From Hyaloraphidium curvatum SAG 235-1 (Eukaryota > Fungi > Monoblepharomycota), in assembly GCA_025558095.1 (NCBI GenBank), contig JAIVFI010000001.1, positions 1,543,649 through 1,607,648 on the forward strand: 64,000 nt of DNA, in the 5' to 3' direction. Of this stretch, positions 35,114-45,845 are shown piece after piece. Positions within the stretch are counted from its first letter, which is position 1. Every line of letters starts with the position of its first letter. Below the pieces are notes generated by a model. It was not told the origin of the DNA. It made no database searches and worked only from the letters and a program-made list of their open reading frames with translations. Made by a program: the position numbers and the translations under genes.

Positions 35114-38100
35114 CTACATTTCGCCTCCCTTCTCCTTCACCTGCCCCGTCGCAACCGCGGCCCCGAAGCTCGCCCCGGCGTTGCGCTTCGCCATCGCCCT
35201 CAGCACCTCCGCGTTGGCCGGCCCCGTCTCGTCCACGAGTGCCTTGAGCGGGCCCTCCTGGTCAACGAGCACCGCGGGCGTGTCGAACTGCACAACAAGG
35301 CCGTGGTCCATGACTAGGATGCGGTCGTAGTCCTTCACGCAACTGTCAGCAAGAGCAACAAGATCCGCCGACACACGGAGCTCACCATGACGGTCTGCAG
35401 CCTGTGCGCGATGGTGAGCACCGTCCGGTCCCTGAATCTCTCGTCCGTTCGTATGGTCTGCTGGATCAGCTCGTCCGTCGCGAGGTCCACGCTCGCCGTC
35501 GCCTCGTCCATGACCACGATCCGGCTCCGCCGCAGCATCGCCCGCGCGAGGCACATCAGGCCGCGCTGGCCCTGGCTGAGGTTCTCCCCGTTCTCGCTGA
35601 TCTGCATCTCGAGCTTGAGCGGGTCCGCGGCGATGGTGGCCGCGACGTCGCCCGACCGCTTGAGGCAGTCCCACACCTCGTCGTCCGTGTACTCGTTGAA
35701 GGGGTCCAAATTGTAACGAGCCGTGCCGCTGAAGAGCGTGGCATCTTGGGGGATGATGGCGAGCTTGGATCGCAGGTCGGCGAGGCCGATCTGGCAGATG
35801 TCGACGCCGTCGATGGTGACAGTCCCCGCCGACGGCTCGACGAGCCGAAAGAGCGCCTGCATAATCGTGGACTGCCCAGAAAGTGCTGTTAGCGGCGGCG
35901 AACACAATGCAATAGCGCGGTGAAGGCCCACCTTGCCTGCGCCCGTCCTGCCCACAATGCCGATCCGCTCCCCAGCCCGCACCTCGAAGCTGACTCCCCT
36001 GAGCACCGCCGGCAGGTCGGGCCGGTACCGCACCTCGACTCCCTTGAACTCGATCACCCCCTTGCCCGGCCATCCCTCAGGCGGCCGCACCTCCGTCACG
36101 GGGGGCGCCTCCTGCTCCAGGACCTCGGCGTAGTACAGCAGCCGCTCCACCCCGTTCATCTGCACCTCCGTCTCGGCCATCTGCCGCACCATCCAGTTCA
36201 TGGTGCCCGTGAGCTGCAGCGAGTAGGTGACGGCGAGCGAGAGGAGGCCCGCGTTGGCGGCGCCCGGGTAGGAGGTGCCGACCGCCAGCATCGCCGCGGT
36301 GAAGACCAGGCACGCGGCGATGCTCTCGAGGCGGAGGGCGAGCCAGCGCGGGATCATGAGGGTGAGGTAGTAGCACCGGTTGTTGAAGTCTAGGTGCTCC
36401 TCGTTCCGCAGGGCGAAGCGCGCCTCGGCGCGGAAGGCGCGGATGGTCGAGAGGCCGGTGAGGGTCTCGCCAAAGTTGGCGAAGAGAGGGGAGCGGGAAA
36501 TGGAGTCGAGGCGCTTCAGCTCGCGCGCGGTGGAGCGGTAGAAGGACTGAGCAAAGTAGTCTGCGGCGCGAAGAGGGACATCAGAACGACACACGGCGAC
36601 AGACCACGAAGCACGTACAGGCAACCATCATGGGCACCATGACGCCGATGAAGATGGGCTGCACGATAGAGATGAGGATGAGGGTGGAGAAGGCCGTCGA
36701 AAAGGTGGTGAAGAACATGCGCCACGTTTCGGGCAGCGTGTTGTCGGCCGCGTCGACGTCCTTGGAGAAGCGGTTCATGATGCGGCCGACGGGCGTCTGG
36801 TCGAAGAAGGAGGAAGGAGCGTGGAGCACCCTGCCGAGCGCGGCCTCGTGCATCCGCTTCGATGCCAGGCGGCCCTGGAAGGAGAGGAGGAGGCCCATCA
36901 AGAGGGCGCTGGAAGCGAAGATGTCAACACCACGATGGCAAAGGGGGCAAGGCTGCACCCACCACAGGCCCTGAAGCAGTCCGAGGACGACGTAGACCGA
37001 CATGTAGGTCGCCAGCGGGAACCCGAACGCGTTGACCGACCACTGCGCCAGCCACGTGTCCGTGCCGACCTTGGTCCCCTGCATCGCCAGCAGCAGGAGC
37101 AGCACAGACGACACGAACCAGACGCCGCCGGCGAACCGGATCCACTGCCAATAAACCCTGAACTTGACCGAGCCCGCGTTGCGCTCTTCGGCCGTCATGA
37201 GCGCCTTGGGGTCGCGGATGGTCGAGCCGAGATCCGGCGCCGTCGAGGCCTTGCGCGCGATGGCGATCTTTCCGTCCCCGACCGACTCGGCCCGCGTCTC
37301 GGTCTCCTCGCCCTCGCTCTCCTCCTCCCCGCCCTCCTTGGCCCCGCCAAACTCGACCATCAGCCGCTCGAGGTACCCGCCGCGCTCGGCCATCAGCTCC
37401 GCGTAGGTGCCCTGCTGCACGATCCGGCCGCCGTCGATGCACACGACGCGGTCGCACCGCGGGAGCACGTGGATCTGGTGCGTTGCCAGGACGCGGGTCT
37501 TGCCGGCGAGGGCCTCGAGGATGCACTTCTCGAAGAGGTGCCGCCCGACGTTGGCGTCCACGGCGCTGAGCGGGTCGTCGAGCAGGACGACGTCGGTGTC
37601 TGCATATACGGCGCGAGCGATGCTGACGCGGGCCTTTTGGCCGCCCGACAAGGTCTGTCATTTGGCAAAGAGCAGTTAGGCAACGGACGGCTCCGCGCCA
37701 GGGAACGCAACCCACGATGCCGCGCTCCCCAATCTCCGTCAAGTCCCCGTCAGGCAGGATCTGCAGGTCCCTCTCCAGCGCCGCCGCCTTGACCGCCCTC
37801 GCGTACTTCCTCTCGTCGAACGGCAGCCCGAACCGCACGTTGTCCCTGACCGTCGCGTTCTGTATCCACGGCGTCTGCGGGCACAGCGCCACCGTGCCTT
37901 TCACGGCGCGGGCGCCTCCCGCGCGCTTCATCTCGCCGACGATGGCCGAGAGCAGCGACGACTTGCCCGCGCCGACGCGGCCGACGATCGCCACCAGCTC
38001 GCCCGGGGCGATGGTCAGCTGGATGTCCTGCAGCCCGTTGAACGGCGCCGCGTCGGGCGCGGGCACGGGCGGCGCGGAGTCCGCGGCCCGCACCGCCCTC

Positions 38101-40230
38101 CGCGCCGCCATCTCCGTGCCTCCGGGACGCCCCGAGGTCGCCACCGTGTCCTTGCCCTTGAAGGTGCGCGAGAGCCACCCCTGGAACCCGCCCGGCGCCG
38201 CCGGCGCGGCGGTGGCGATCGTGTCCCCGCCGTAGGCGCCGCGGCGGACCGTACCGCCCATGCCTCCGGGGATGGCGCCCGGAGGGCCGGGTGGTCCGCC
38301 GCGGCCGCCGCCGCGCCGCGGCTTGGCGTCGGGGAGCACCTTGATCGGCGGTTCCCAGACGAAGCTGGCGTCAGCGAGGACGATGGCGGCGTTCGGGTCC
38401 ACGGGCGGCGGGGGGGCGGAAGGGCGTGTGGCGGGGAGCGAAGCGGGGCCGGGGGCGCCGGTGCCGGTCTTGGTGGGGACGGGGGGCAGGTCCTCGTCGC
38501 CGACCTCGGGGGCGAGCAGCATGGCCTGCACGCGGCCCATGGAGACCCAGGCGTCGGTGGTGCTGGTGATGACGAGCGGGAGCATCATGAGGGGCTGGGC
38601 GTGACGCTAGTCAGCTGAGCTGGGACCCAGCGGCGGGAAGCGACGCACCATCCGGAGCACGTTGAAGAGCGCGATCGACGAGAACACGACGGGAGGGGAG
38701 AGCGGATTGTTGAGCGAGTAGACGACAAAGGTGAGCACCGAGGCCAGGACCGGCGAGGTCATGGTGATGCCGGTGATGTACGCTCTGTGGGATGAAGGCA
38801 ACACAAGTGCGTCAGCCCCGGCGGAAACAGATGCCTCGCCCAACCCACCTCCAGTTCCCGATCCGCCTTACGTTCACCAGCTCCTGCCTCCGCACCTCCC
38901 CCAGGTGCTCCTCCATCGCCCCCTCCCACCCCAGGAACTTGATCACCCTGATCCCCGCCACCGTCTCCTGCGTCATCCTGACCCTCTTGTCCGTCATCGC
39001 GTTGGCCTGCACCCTGAGCCTCATCAGGAAGCGCATCACGTAGGCCTGCAGGGGGAGCAGCAGGAGCAGCAGCGCCATGCCGACCAGCGCCGACGGCCCG
39101 AGCTGCGCGACCAGCAGCCCGAGCGCGACGAGCACGACCATCGGGGCCGACCACAGCGTGTGCAGCTGGTACGACGCCGTGTCGAGCCGCGAGCAGTCGA
39201 CCGACATGAGGTTGACCGTCTTGCCGGCCGTGAACTCCGCGCGGGCGGCCTGGCTGAGGCGGAGCGTCTTTCCGTAGATGGCCTGGATGAGCGCCGCGCG
39301 GACCTGGAACCCCATGCGCAGGGCGCGGTTCATGTAGGCGTTTGTGGCCAGGGTCGAGAGCAGCTGGATGGCGAACAGGGTGCCGGCCATGGCGTAGCCG
39401 AAGCCCTTGGAGCGGCCGGGGACGGCGCCGCCGCCCGAGACGACCTCGAGGAGGTAGCGCAGGACGACGGGGGAGGCCAGGTTGCAGCCCTCCGAGAGGA
39501 GCTTGAGGAAGCCGGCCCAGACGAACTGCAGGCGGTACGTGTCCCAGAGGGCTCGAAGCAGCGACGGCGCGGCCTTGGCCTCGGCCTTTTCGGCGGCGGT
39601 CCTCTTCTCGCCCTTCTTCTTTGGCGGCGGCGGGGGCTTCCACGGGCCCCGCTTGGCCATCTCTGGCGCCCAGTTGGCCTGGAACTTGCCGGCGATGGTC
39701 TCGGCGCGGTAGCCGTCCATGAGCGGGTACAGGTCGTCCTGCCTGAGCGGCCGGGCGCCGCCGAGCAGCATCAGCGGCGTGAGCCACCACGCCGAGAGCA
39801 GCGACAGGAAGTTGGCGCTCTCCTCGGGCGACCTGCCGCCGTGCGACCACTCCGGCAGCGGCGCCGTCTGCGTGCGCGCCGAGATCGGGTCGTGCGAAGG
39901 CGGGGCGTCGTCCGGGGTTGTCCCGTTGGGTTCCTTCGAAGGGAGGCCCCCGCTGGCGGCCGCCCCCGCTCCGCCCCCTCCAACGGCCTCGCTGTCCGCG
40001 AAACCGCTCTTCCGATCACTGCCCTCCGCGCCATCGACCGGCGGCGTGGCGTCCGACTCGGCGTCGCCCTCGGCCGCGCCGTCCCCCGCGCGCGACGCGA
40101 GCAGCTCCGCGCCCTCGGCGCCCCGCGGCATCTCCGCCTCGGCGACGAGCTCCGCGTCGGCGAGGTACTCGGAGAACGCAGCCGCGTCGGCGGACCGCGA
40201 CCCGGCGTCGGGGCCGGGAGACGAGGCCAT
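35114..40230 (-). CDS. ABC transporter subfamily C (MRP/YOR1-like), multi-exon
   Basis: Two TMD/NBD halves. NBD1: GRVGAGKSS, LSGGQKAR, LLDDPLSAVD. NBD2: GRTGAGK, LSQGQR, MDEATASVD, TIAHRL. Confidence 0.95.
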
Positions 40231-40594
40231 TTTGGATCTCGGGTTTAGGCGAGCTGCGCGGGCGGGGAAGCGGAGGTGACGCGCAAGACAGGGATCCTTT
40301 CCACCCATTACGAAACCCCGGATGATGGGCGCATTTGAGCTAAAATGATACATCTGGATCTTTGGTCCTCGATGCCATATCGTCCCTGGGCCGGGGTGCC
40401 TCTGAGCAGCGGGTTGCCGACTGTTCCGCAGCGCCATACACTGTGCGGCCTTGATGTCTGACCAGACGACGAAGATTGCGCCGATCGGAGATAAAGCATC
40501 GATGGACGGATAATGATGAGCGGACCATGTTTCCCTCGTATTCCGGCGTCGAACCACGTGCTGGCCGCGTTCCATCGAACGCTCCCTCTCGACG

Positions 40595-41042
40595 ATGGGA
40601 GACAAACACGTCAGCGCCGATTTTTCCGAATCCGAATGGCTCGCAATCGTCCCCTCGCCGCCCGCGCCCGCCGGCTCGGGCGCGCTGTTCCGCGGCGGCG
40701 GCGGGGAGCAGCCACGGCCGCGCCTCGACGTTCCTGCTCTTTCTCGCGCGGGTGCACTTCGCCGTAGTCCCGTGGGCGTCGAGGATCCTCCTCAGGGCCG
40801 GCCTCTGGTCGCTTGCGGCTGGCGCGGTGGTGCTTTCCGAGCTCGCGTTCAACGACGGGCGGTACGCCGTGCCGCAACTCGCTGCCGGCCTGTTTGGGAC
40901 CCTGTTCTGCCTCCTGCTCCAATCTCTCGTCGTTCTTCCCTCCGCTCTGACGCAACTGTGGAAGTCTTTCGCCCCGGCAAAAAGCAAGCGCGGCGATGGC
41001 CCCCCCTTCGGAGCCCGACTCGCACGCGCTTGCGGGGCTCGT
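40595..41042 (+). pseudogene. 7-TM family copy 4, 5' half (interrupted by the retrotransposon)
   Basis: DFSESEWLAIVPSPP ~ GFTPQEWAFLFPSWP; LAFNDGRYAVPQLAAG ~ FLFNDGQFGHSQLVAG. Ends at the TSD, with two small frameshifts. Confidence 0.75.
41029..41042. repeat. 14-bp target-site duplication, left copy (cttgcggggctcgt)
   Basis: Identical 14-mer at 47982-47995. Confidence 0.9.
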
Positions 41043-41085
41043 GTAATGAGGAGCTAGCAATCCCACCGTACACTTAGAAATCCCC

Positions 41086-44000
41086 CTACGCCCCAAGAAT
41101 CAGCTCCTCATCTACATTCAAACCAAAAGCGACCGGCGCGGGGGCCGGAGCGTTGACAGCGGCGGCTTCGGTGCACAGCTGAAGCCAGTGTTGGAGTTGG
41201 GCCGCGACGCCAAGAGCCCAGGCCACCGCGATCCGTTCGCGGAAGCGCCGCACAAAACGAGAGTAAAGGCCATCGAGGTCCACGGGCTGCCCATCGCGGC
41301 CGACGATCCCGGGATACTGGATGCGCCCCATCTCCGAGGAGAAGCGCGAGAAAGTGGCAGAGACAGCGCTGTACGAATCAAAAGCAAGCACGATCAGAGG
41401 GTAGAAGTTGGCGTTGAAGACGAAACGGGAGTAGTCCTTCCTGGCGGCCTCGACCCGCCGTTCGACTGCGTGGCCCGGGACCGAGAAGACCAGGCCCGTG
41501 TGCAAATGGGCCATAGAGGTGAGGGTCTTGATCTCGAGCAACCACCGTTTCCGGGTTTCGCGGTGCGTGATGAGAATGTCGCCAAGGCGGCCAGCATCCG
41601 CAGGCGTGGGCGGGGTGACAGTCTCGTAGCCATGCGCAAGGAGGTTTGGCGGCATGGGGTGCACGCGGAGGAGCGGGATGGAGCGAAGCGCCGCGCGGAT
41701 GGCCGCGCAAATGTCGTCGTGACCAGGACTGAAGAGATCCCGGCCATAGCAGCCCGAGAACGCGTGCTCCCCCGTCAGCGACATGGCCGATCGCTTGCAG
41801 CCCCGCCGGCAGGGCAAGGAAAGACCAGGGTAGTCGGCCTCGTGCAGGAGCGGGAGGCAAAGCCGGAAGCGTACAAGTAAGCGGAAAAAGTTGTTGCGAA
41901 TGTGGTTGGCAAGCAGCGCGGGAGAGGCAGTCAGGAAAGCCGACAGGCCGTCCTGCGCCTGGACGAGCCGCTTGCGGCGCTCCAGACCAGCGGAAGTGTC
42001 GGGTTGCAAGGCAATCAGAGCCGCGAGGCGGCGCTGGTCCTCGAGACGCGTAAGGTCGCTCTGCAGGCCGTGCCAGACCGGCTGAGCGAAGAAACTGGCG
42101 TCCGCAGGGAGCGTACGGCGGGCGGGCGCGGCGCCCACCGGTTGCCCAGCACGCGCAGCCTCGGCGTACGCTGCGGCCGTGTCATCCTCGACACGCTCAA
42201 AGGCGGGGCGGAGGGCCTCGATGACAGGAACCAGTTCCCGCACGTGCTCCACGCCCACACCCCGGGCCGAGGTTCGAAGACCAAGCATGGCGTCCAAGGG
42301 GCCCGCCGTGAGGTTGAGTGAAGACAGGTAAGCCGCCGAGACCACCTTCTCCGATGACAGAAGCCCCATCCCCGAGTAGTGCAGACCCAAGAATACCTGC
42401 TCCCGCACAGTCCGACCCTCCACCGACAGCGGATCCAGATCCTCGGCCCGATCTCCCAGCAAGCGCAAAAAGGTGGTGAAAAGCGCGTTGTCAAGACGTC
42501 GAGCAAAGGGTTGGGTAACCGAGGGGGGGAGAATGCGGAGCCAAAACGAGAAGAGCTGGGTCACACAGAGACGGAGGAGGGAGTACAGGCCCTGGAGGGA
42601 GGGGATGTCGGCCGGCATGGCGTAGCCGAGCGCGGCGCGCTCGATGTCATCGAGAAGAGCGGCAATGGAGTCGATCTTGGCCGCGAGGAACGACTCCACG
42701 TAGGCAGGGGTGCCGACCGGGGCACCTACCACCTTGAGGCCGCACGAGCGAGCGAAGTCAGGCGAGCCCGGGGCCGACGCCGTGGCATGCACCTCGGGGT
42801 CGGCCTCGTGAGGCGGGAAGCCAGCGACGCGGATGTTGTGGGCCGCACCGGCCGCGCGCACCCGCTCCAGCACGGCCGGGTTCGTCGAGAGCGAAAGCAG
42901 GTAGCTCTTGTCCGGGCGGTGGGTCATGCCGAGGGAAGAAAGGCCGTCACGCACCTCTCCCAGGACGGCCATGACCGAGTCCAGCGGCCCGACCACGGTG
43001 AGGTCGTCGAGGTACCCAAGGATGAGGCAGTCGGGGTGCCCAGAGCGGATGGGCCGCAGCATGCGGCTCATGGCGCAGGAGAAGATGGCAGACGACAGCG
43101 GGTCGCCCTGGATGTTGCCCTCGTACATGGTGATCCGGAAAAGGAGCTCCGCCGAGCGCCGGTCGCGGAAGTAGGCGTGGGAAGGGCGCGAGTAAACGAG
43201 GTTGTAGTACGGGATAAGCTGAGGCACCTGGCGGACCACCTCGCGCGCGAAGAGGCGGCGCAGCGTATTGAAGGCGTTCCTAGAGTCGACCTTCATGACG
43301 ACGTGGTCGGGGAAGGCCGCCAGCCACGCGTTCACCGCGTGGGCGGTCGCCTCCGCGCCCCCGTCCACCCCGTGACCCAGGTCCTCCTGCTGTTGGAGCT
43401 TCCTCAGAAGAGCCTTGTGCCGCACGGCCAGGTACGAGCCCGCGAGCCGCGTGATGCCCTCCATAATGCCAATCGGCCGGAGCCCCCCCTCCGGCTTGAG
43501 CAGAGGGACGAGGATTTGATCCGTGAGGAGCGGCCGGAGCATGGGGGTGTCGAGTCGGCCAGTGCACACGCCGTGCACCATGGCCGCCAGCGGGCGGAGC
43601 TTCCGCCGCGTCGCGTCGTTCTCGCAGTTGTGCACGATGAAAAGTTTGGCCATGCTGAAACCCGACATGCCGGCCCCCACGCCGTCCTTCTTCCGGCGCA
43701 ACCGGGCCCAGATGTCCTCCAGGAAAGCCGCGTCCGTGTAGGCAGGGCAGGGCGCGGGCGCGTTGGGGGGCAGAGACAGCCGACACAGCGGCTCTCCCTC
43801 CCGCGGCCCCGGGTACAGCTCCTCCAGTTCCGCCTGAAGCGTGGGCGTGAAGCCAGCCGGAACGGCCTCCCCCGAGAGGGCCGCGGACGCAGCACCAGGA
43901 GCGCCCTTCAAGGCGGCAAGCACGATGGACTTGAAGAGCTGGTAGTTGAGCGGCCGCAGCCCGTCCCGCCGCGCGCCCCGGTTGACCTGACGGGCGGCGA

Positions 44001-44997
44001 AGTAGTTCTGCTCGTACATGTAGTCCCCCGACATGACGTAGCCGCCAAATGCAAGGTAGGCGGTGAGAGTGCGGTGCAGGTCGGTTTCCGGCGCCGCCGG
44101 GTCCTCGTAGGCCCGTTGGAAAGACTCGCTGGCCCGGAAGGCGAGCGTGCTCCAGGTGGTGGTCCGGTAGCGGTGCTTCAGCGGCTCCGGCGGCGGCGCC
44201 CCCGCGCCCCCGCCCGGCGGCGGATCAGGCCCGGGACCCCCGGGTGGACCACCGTCGCCCGGGTCGCCCGGATCACCGCCGTTGCCGTGCCCGCCAGCCG
44301 CGGCGTTGCCGCCCGGCGCGCCGTCGCCGCCTGGGGGATCACCGCCGTCCGGGGCGGCACGCGCCGCCGCCGCCGCCGCCGCCAGCGCCGCCCGTTGCGC
44401 CTGGCCGTCCTGCGGGGCGTCGGCCGCAACCCGGGCGGCCGCAAGGGCCGCCATCAGCGCGGGCGCGGGTGGCGAAGCACGGGGAGATGCCGACGATGCC
44501 GCTGGTGACGCCGGTCCCTCCGCGCGTCCCGTGGCAGCCGCCCGCTCGGCACGCACGCGGTCGAGGAACTCGACGAGATCGGGTGGAAGCGAAGCTAAAG
44601 AGACGCCGAGTGGCGGGTTAGCTGCGTCCGGGTTGCACGAGGTGTGCTGTCCAGAAACACCGGCACCAGAGGCGTTTGCGGCGTAGGGACGCCGGCAACC
44701 CCCGCACCGCGCTAGCCCCATGGCGCGCAACGCATCGGCAGACAGGCGCTGCATCGCCAACCAGTGCTCCGGGCTCCGTGTGACCCGAAGATGACCGTCC
44801 CGTTTGTTTTTGTTTGGAGTTGGCTGGAAGCGGCAACCATCAACCGGGCACGCATGGAGGCCGGGTTCAGCAGGCGCCTCCGCCATCGGCACATCGCCGT
44901 CGATGCAAGATTGGTGATGATGAGATAGAGCTCCGATGTTGGCGAAAGCTGCCGCGCAGCGGTGGCAGCTGTAAGGCAGGAGCGGCGTGCGGCTCAT
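41086..44997 (-). CDS. Retrotransposon ORF: C2H2-like Zn finger, reverse transcriptase, CCHC and PD-(D/E)xK-type endonuclease
   Basis: YSCHRC..F.....LSHH; PLLKPEGGLRPIG; GVDGGAE; KVDSRNAFN; GNIQGDPLS; YLDD; LKVVGAPVG; CRRGC...GEHAFSGC; HDDI; RLGDILI...LLEIK. Confidence 0.92.
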   Translation of the reverse strand: MSRTPLLPYSCHRCAAAFANIGALSHHHQSCIDGDVPMAEAPAEPGLHACPVDGCRFQPTPNKNKRDGHLRVTRSPEHWLAMQRLSADALRAMGLARCGGCRRPYAANASGAGVSGQHTSCNPDAANPPLGVSLASLPPDLVEFLDRVRAERAAATGRAEGPASPAASSASPRASPPAPALMAALAAARVAADAPQDGQAQRAALAAAAAAARAAPDGGDPPGGDGAPGGNAAAGGHGNGGDPGDPGDGGPPGGPGPDPPPGGGAGAPPPEPLKHRYRTTTWSTLAFRASESFQRAYEDPAAPETDLHRTLTAYLAFGGYVMSGDYMYEQNYFAARQVNRGARRDGLRPLNYQLFKSIVLAALKGAPGAASAALSGEAVPAGFTPTLQAELEELYPGPREGEPLCRLSLPPNAPAPCPAYTDAAFLEDIWARLRRKKDGVGAGMSGFSMAKLFIVHNCENDATRRKLRPLAAMVHGVCTGRLDTPMLRPLLTDQILVPLLKPEGGLRPIGIMEGITRLAGSYLAVRHKALLRKLQQQEDLGHGVDGGAEATAHAVNAWLAAFPDHVVMKVDSRNAFNTLRRLFAREVVRQVPQLIPYYNLVYSRPSHAYFRDRRSAELLFRITMYEGNIQGDPLSSAIFSCAMSRMLRPIRSGHPDCLILGYLDDLTVVGPLDSVMAVLGEVRDGLSSLGMTHRPDKSYLLSLSTNPAVLERVRAAGAAHNIRVAGFPPHEADPEVHATASAPGSPDFARSCGLKVVGAPVGTPAYVESFLAAKIDSIAALLDDIERAALGYAMPADIPSLQGLYSLLRLCVTQLFSFWLRILPPSVTQPFARRLDNALFTTFLRLLGDRAEDLDPLSVEGRTVREQVFLGLHYSGMGLLSSEKVVSAAYLSSLNLTAGPLDAMLGLRTSARGVGVEHVRELVPVIEALRPAFERVEDDTAAAYAEAARAGQPVGAAPARRTLPADASFFAQPVWHGLQSDLTRLEDQRRLAALIALQPDTSAGLERRKRLVQAQDGLSAFLTASPALLANHIRNNFFRLLVRFRLCLPLLHEADYPGLSLPCRRGCKRSAMSLTGEHAFSGCYGRDLFSPGHDDICAAIRAALRSIPLLRVHPMPPNLLAHGYETVTPPTPADAGRLGDILITHRETRKRWLLEIKTLTSMAHLHTGLVFSVPGHAVERRVEAARKDYSRFVFNANFYPLIVLAFDSYSAVSATFSRFSSEMGRIQYPGIVGRDGQPVDLDGLYSRFVRRFRERIAVAWALGVAAQLQHWLQLCTEAAAVNAPAPAPVAFGLNVDEELILGA

Positions 44998-45845
44998 GGC
45001 GAATACGGTGGCGGCGGCGATGCCGGTGTCCCGCCGCCAGGATCAGCTACCGCGGACGGTGCCTTGTCCGACGAGATCTCCCAATCGTCGAGCGCATGTG
45101 TCCGCATCCAAACCTCCTGTGACTCGGTCAGGTCGCCCCCCGCCCTGTGCCAGGCCGCAAGCGCCGACCACGCGTCACCGATAGCATCACGGCCGCCGTC
45201 ATCGAGGAGCTCGGAACCTGGCCATTCGAGGTGCGCCGGCGAACCGGGCTCCGTGTGAGCATACCAAGGAGGCAAGGTGCGCGTCGGAGTGGATACTTCC
45301 GAGGAGCTCTGCCCCCCCCCGGCCGTTGGTGCCGGCGGCGTGCCGGGGGTTGTGCGGGGCGGCGCAGGCGGCAGCTGCAAGCTCGGCACGGCGGTTGCAG
45401 CTGGGGTTTCCCACGGAGGATGGCCTGGGTGCGCCGAGAGCATGGAAGCGGCCGAAGCCGGGGCATCAGCGATCAAGATCTGCGATGACGAGGAGGGAGA
45501 TACTTCCGAGCATGCCGCCCCTTTCCCCCCCGCTGGTGCCGGCAAGCGGGAGGAGCCGCGGGGCGGCGTGGGCAGAGTGTGACCCTCGGCCAAGCTAGGC
45601 ACGGCATTTGGCCGAGGGGCCCCGGGGGACGCGGGGTCAATGTCGGAAGTCTCCCCTGCTGCCGCGAACGGCCTCGGAACTCGGTGAGACGTTGTAGATA
45701 GTGGTAGTTGGCGTACCGGTGAAGACTGCAAAACAGCAAAAGATGGAGGGGCTGACCGCGCCCGGGAGGTATCCGGACGAGCTCGGCGCCGAGAAGAGCA
45801 GCCCACTACTCGGCGTTGCCACTTGCTTGGTGGTGTTTTAGGCAT
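44994..45845 (-). CDS. Retrotransposon middle ORF, Pro/Ser-rich, 283 aa, function unknown
   Basis: Its ATG overlaps the ORF1 stop (ATGCCTAA) and its TGA overlaps the RT ORF start (ATGA). Confidence 0.5.
   Translation of the reverse strand: MPKTPPSKWQRRVVGCSSRRRARPDTSRARSAPPSFAVLQSSPVRQLPLSTTSHRVPRPFAAAGETSDIDPASPGAPRPNAVPSLAEGHTLPTPPRGSSRLPAPAGGKGAACSEVSPSSSSQILIADAPASAASMLSAHPGHPPWETPAATAVPSLQLPPAPPRTTPGTPPAPTAGGGQSSSEVSTPTRTLPPWYAHTEPGSPAHLEWPGSELLDDGGRDAIGDAWSALAAWHRAGGDLTESQEVWMRTHALDDWEISSDKAPSAVADPGGGTPASPPPPYSP

Noticed and set aside
5589-41006. Programmed frameshifting in 7-TM copies 2 and 4
   Set aside because: The shifts fall in C/G homopolymer runs and are absent from copy 1. Sequencing indels or decay are simpler explanations.
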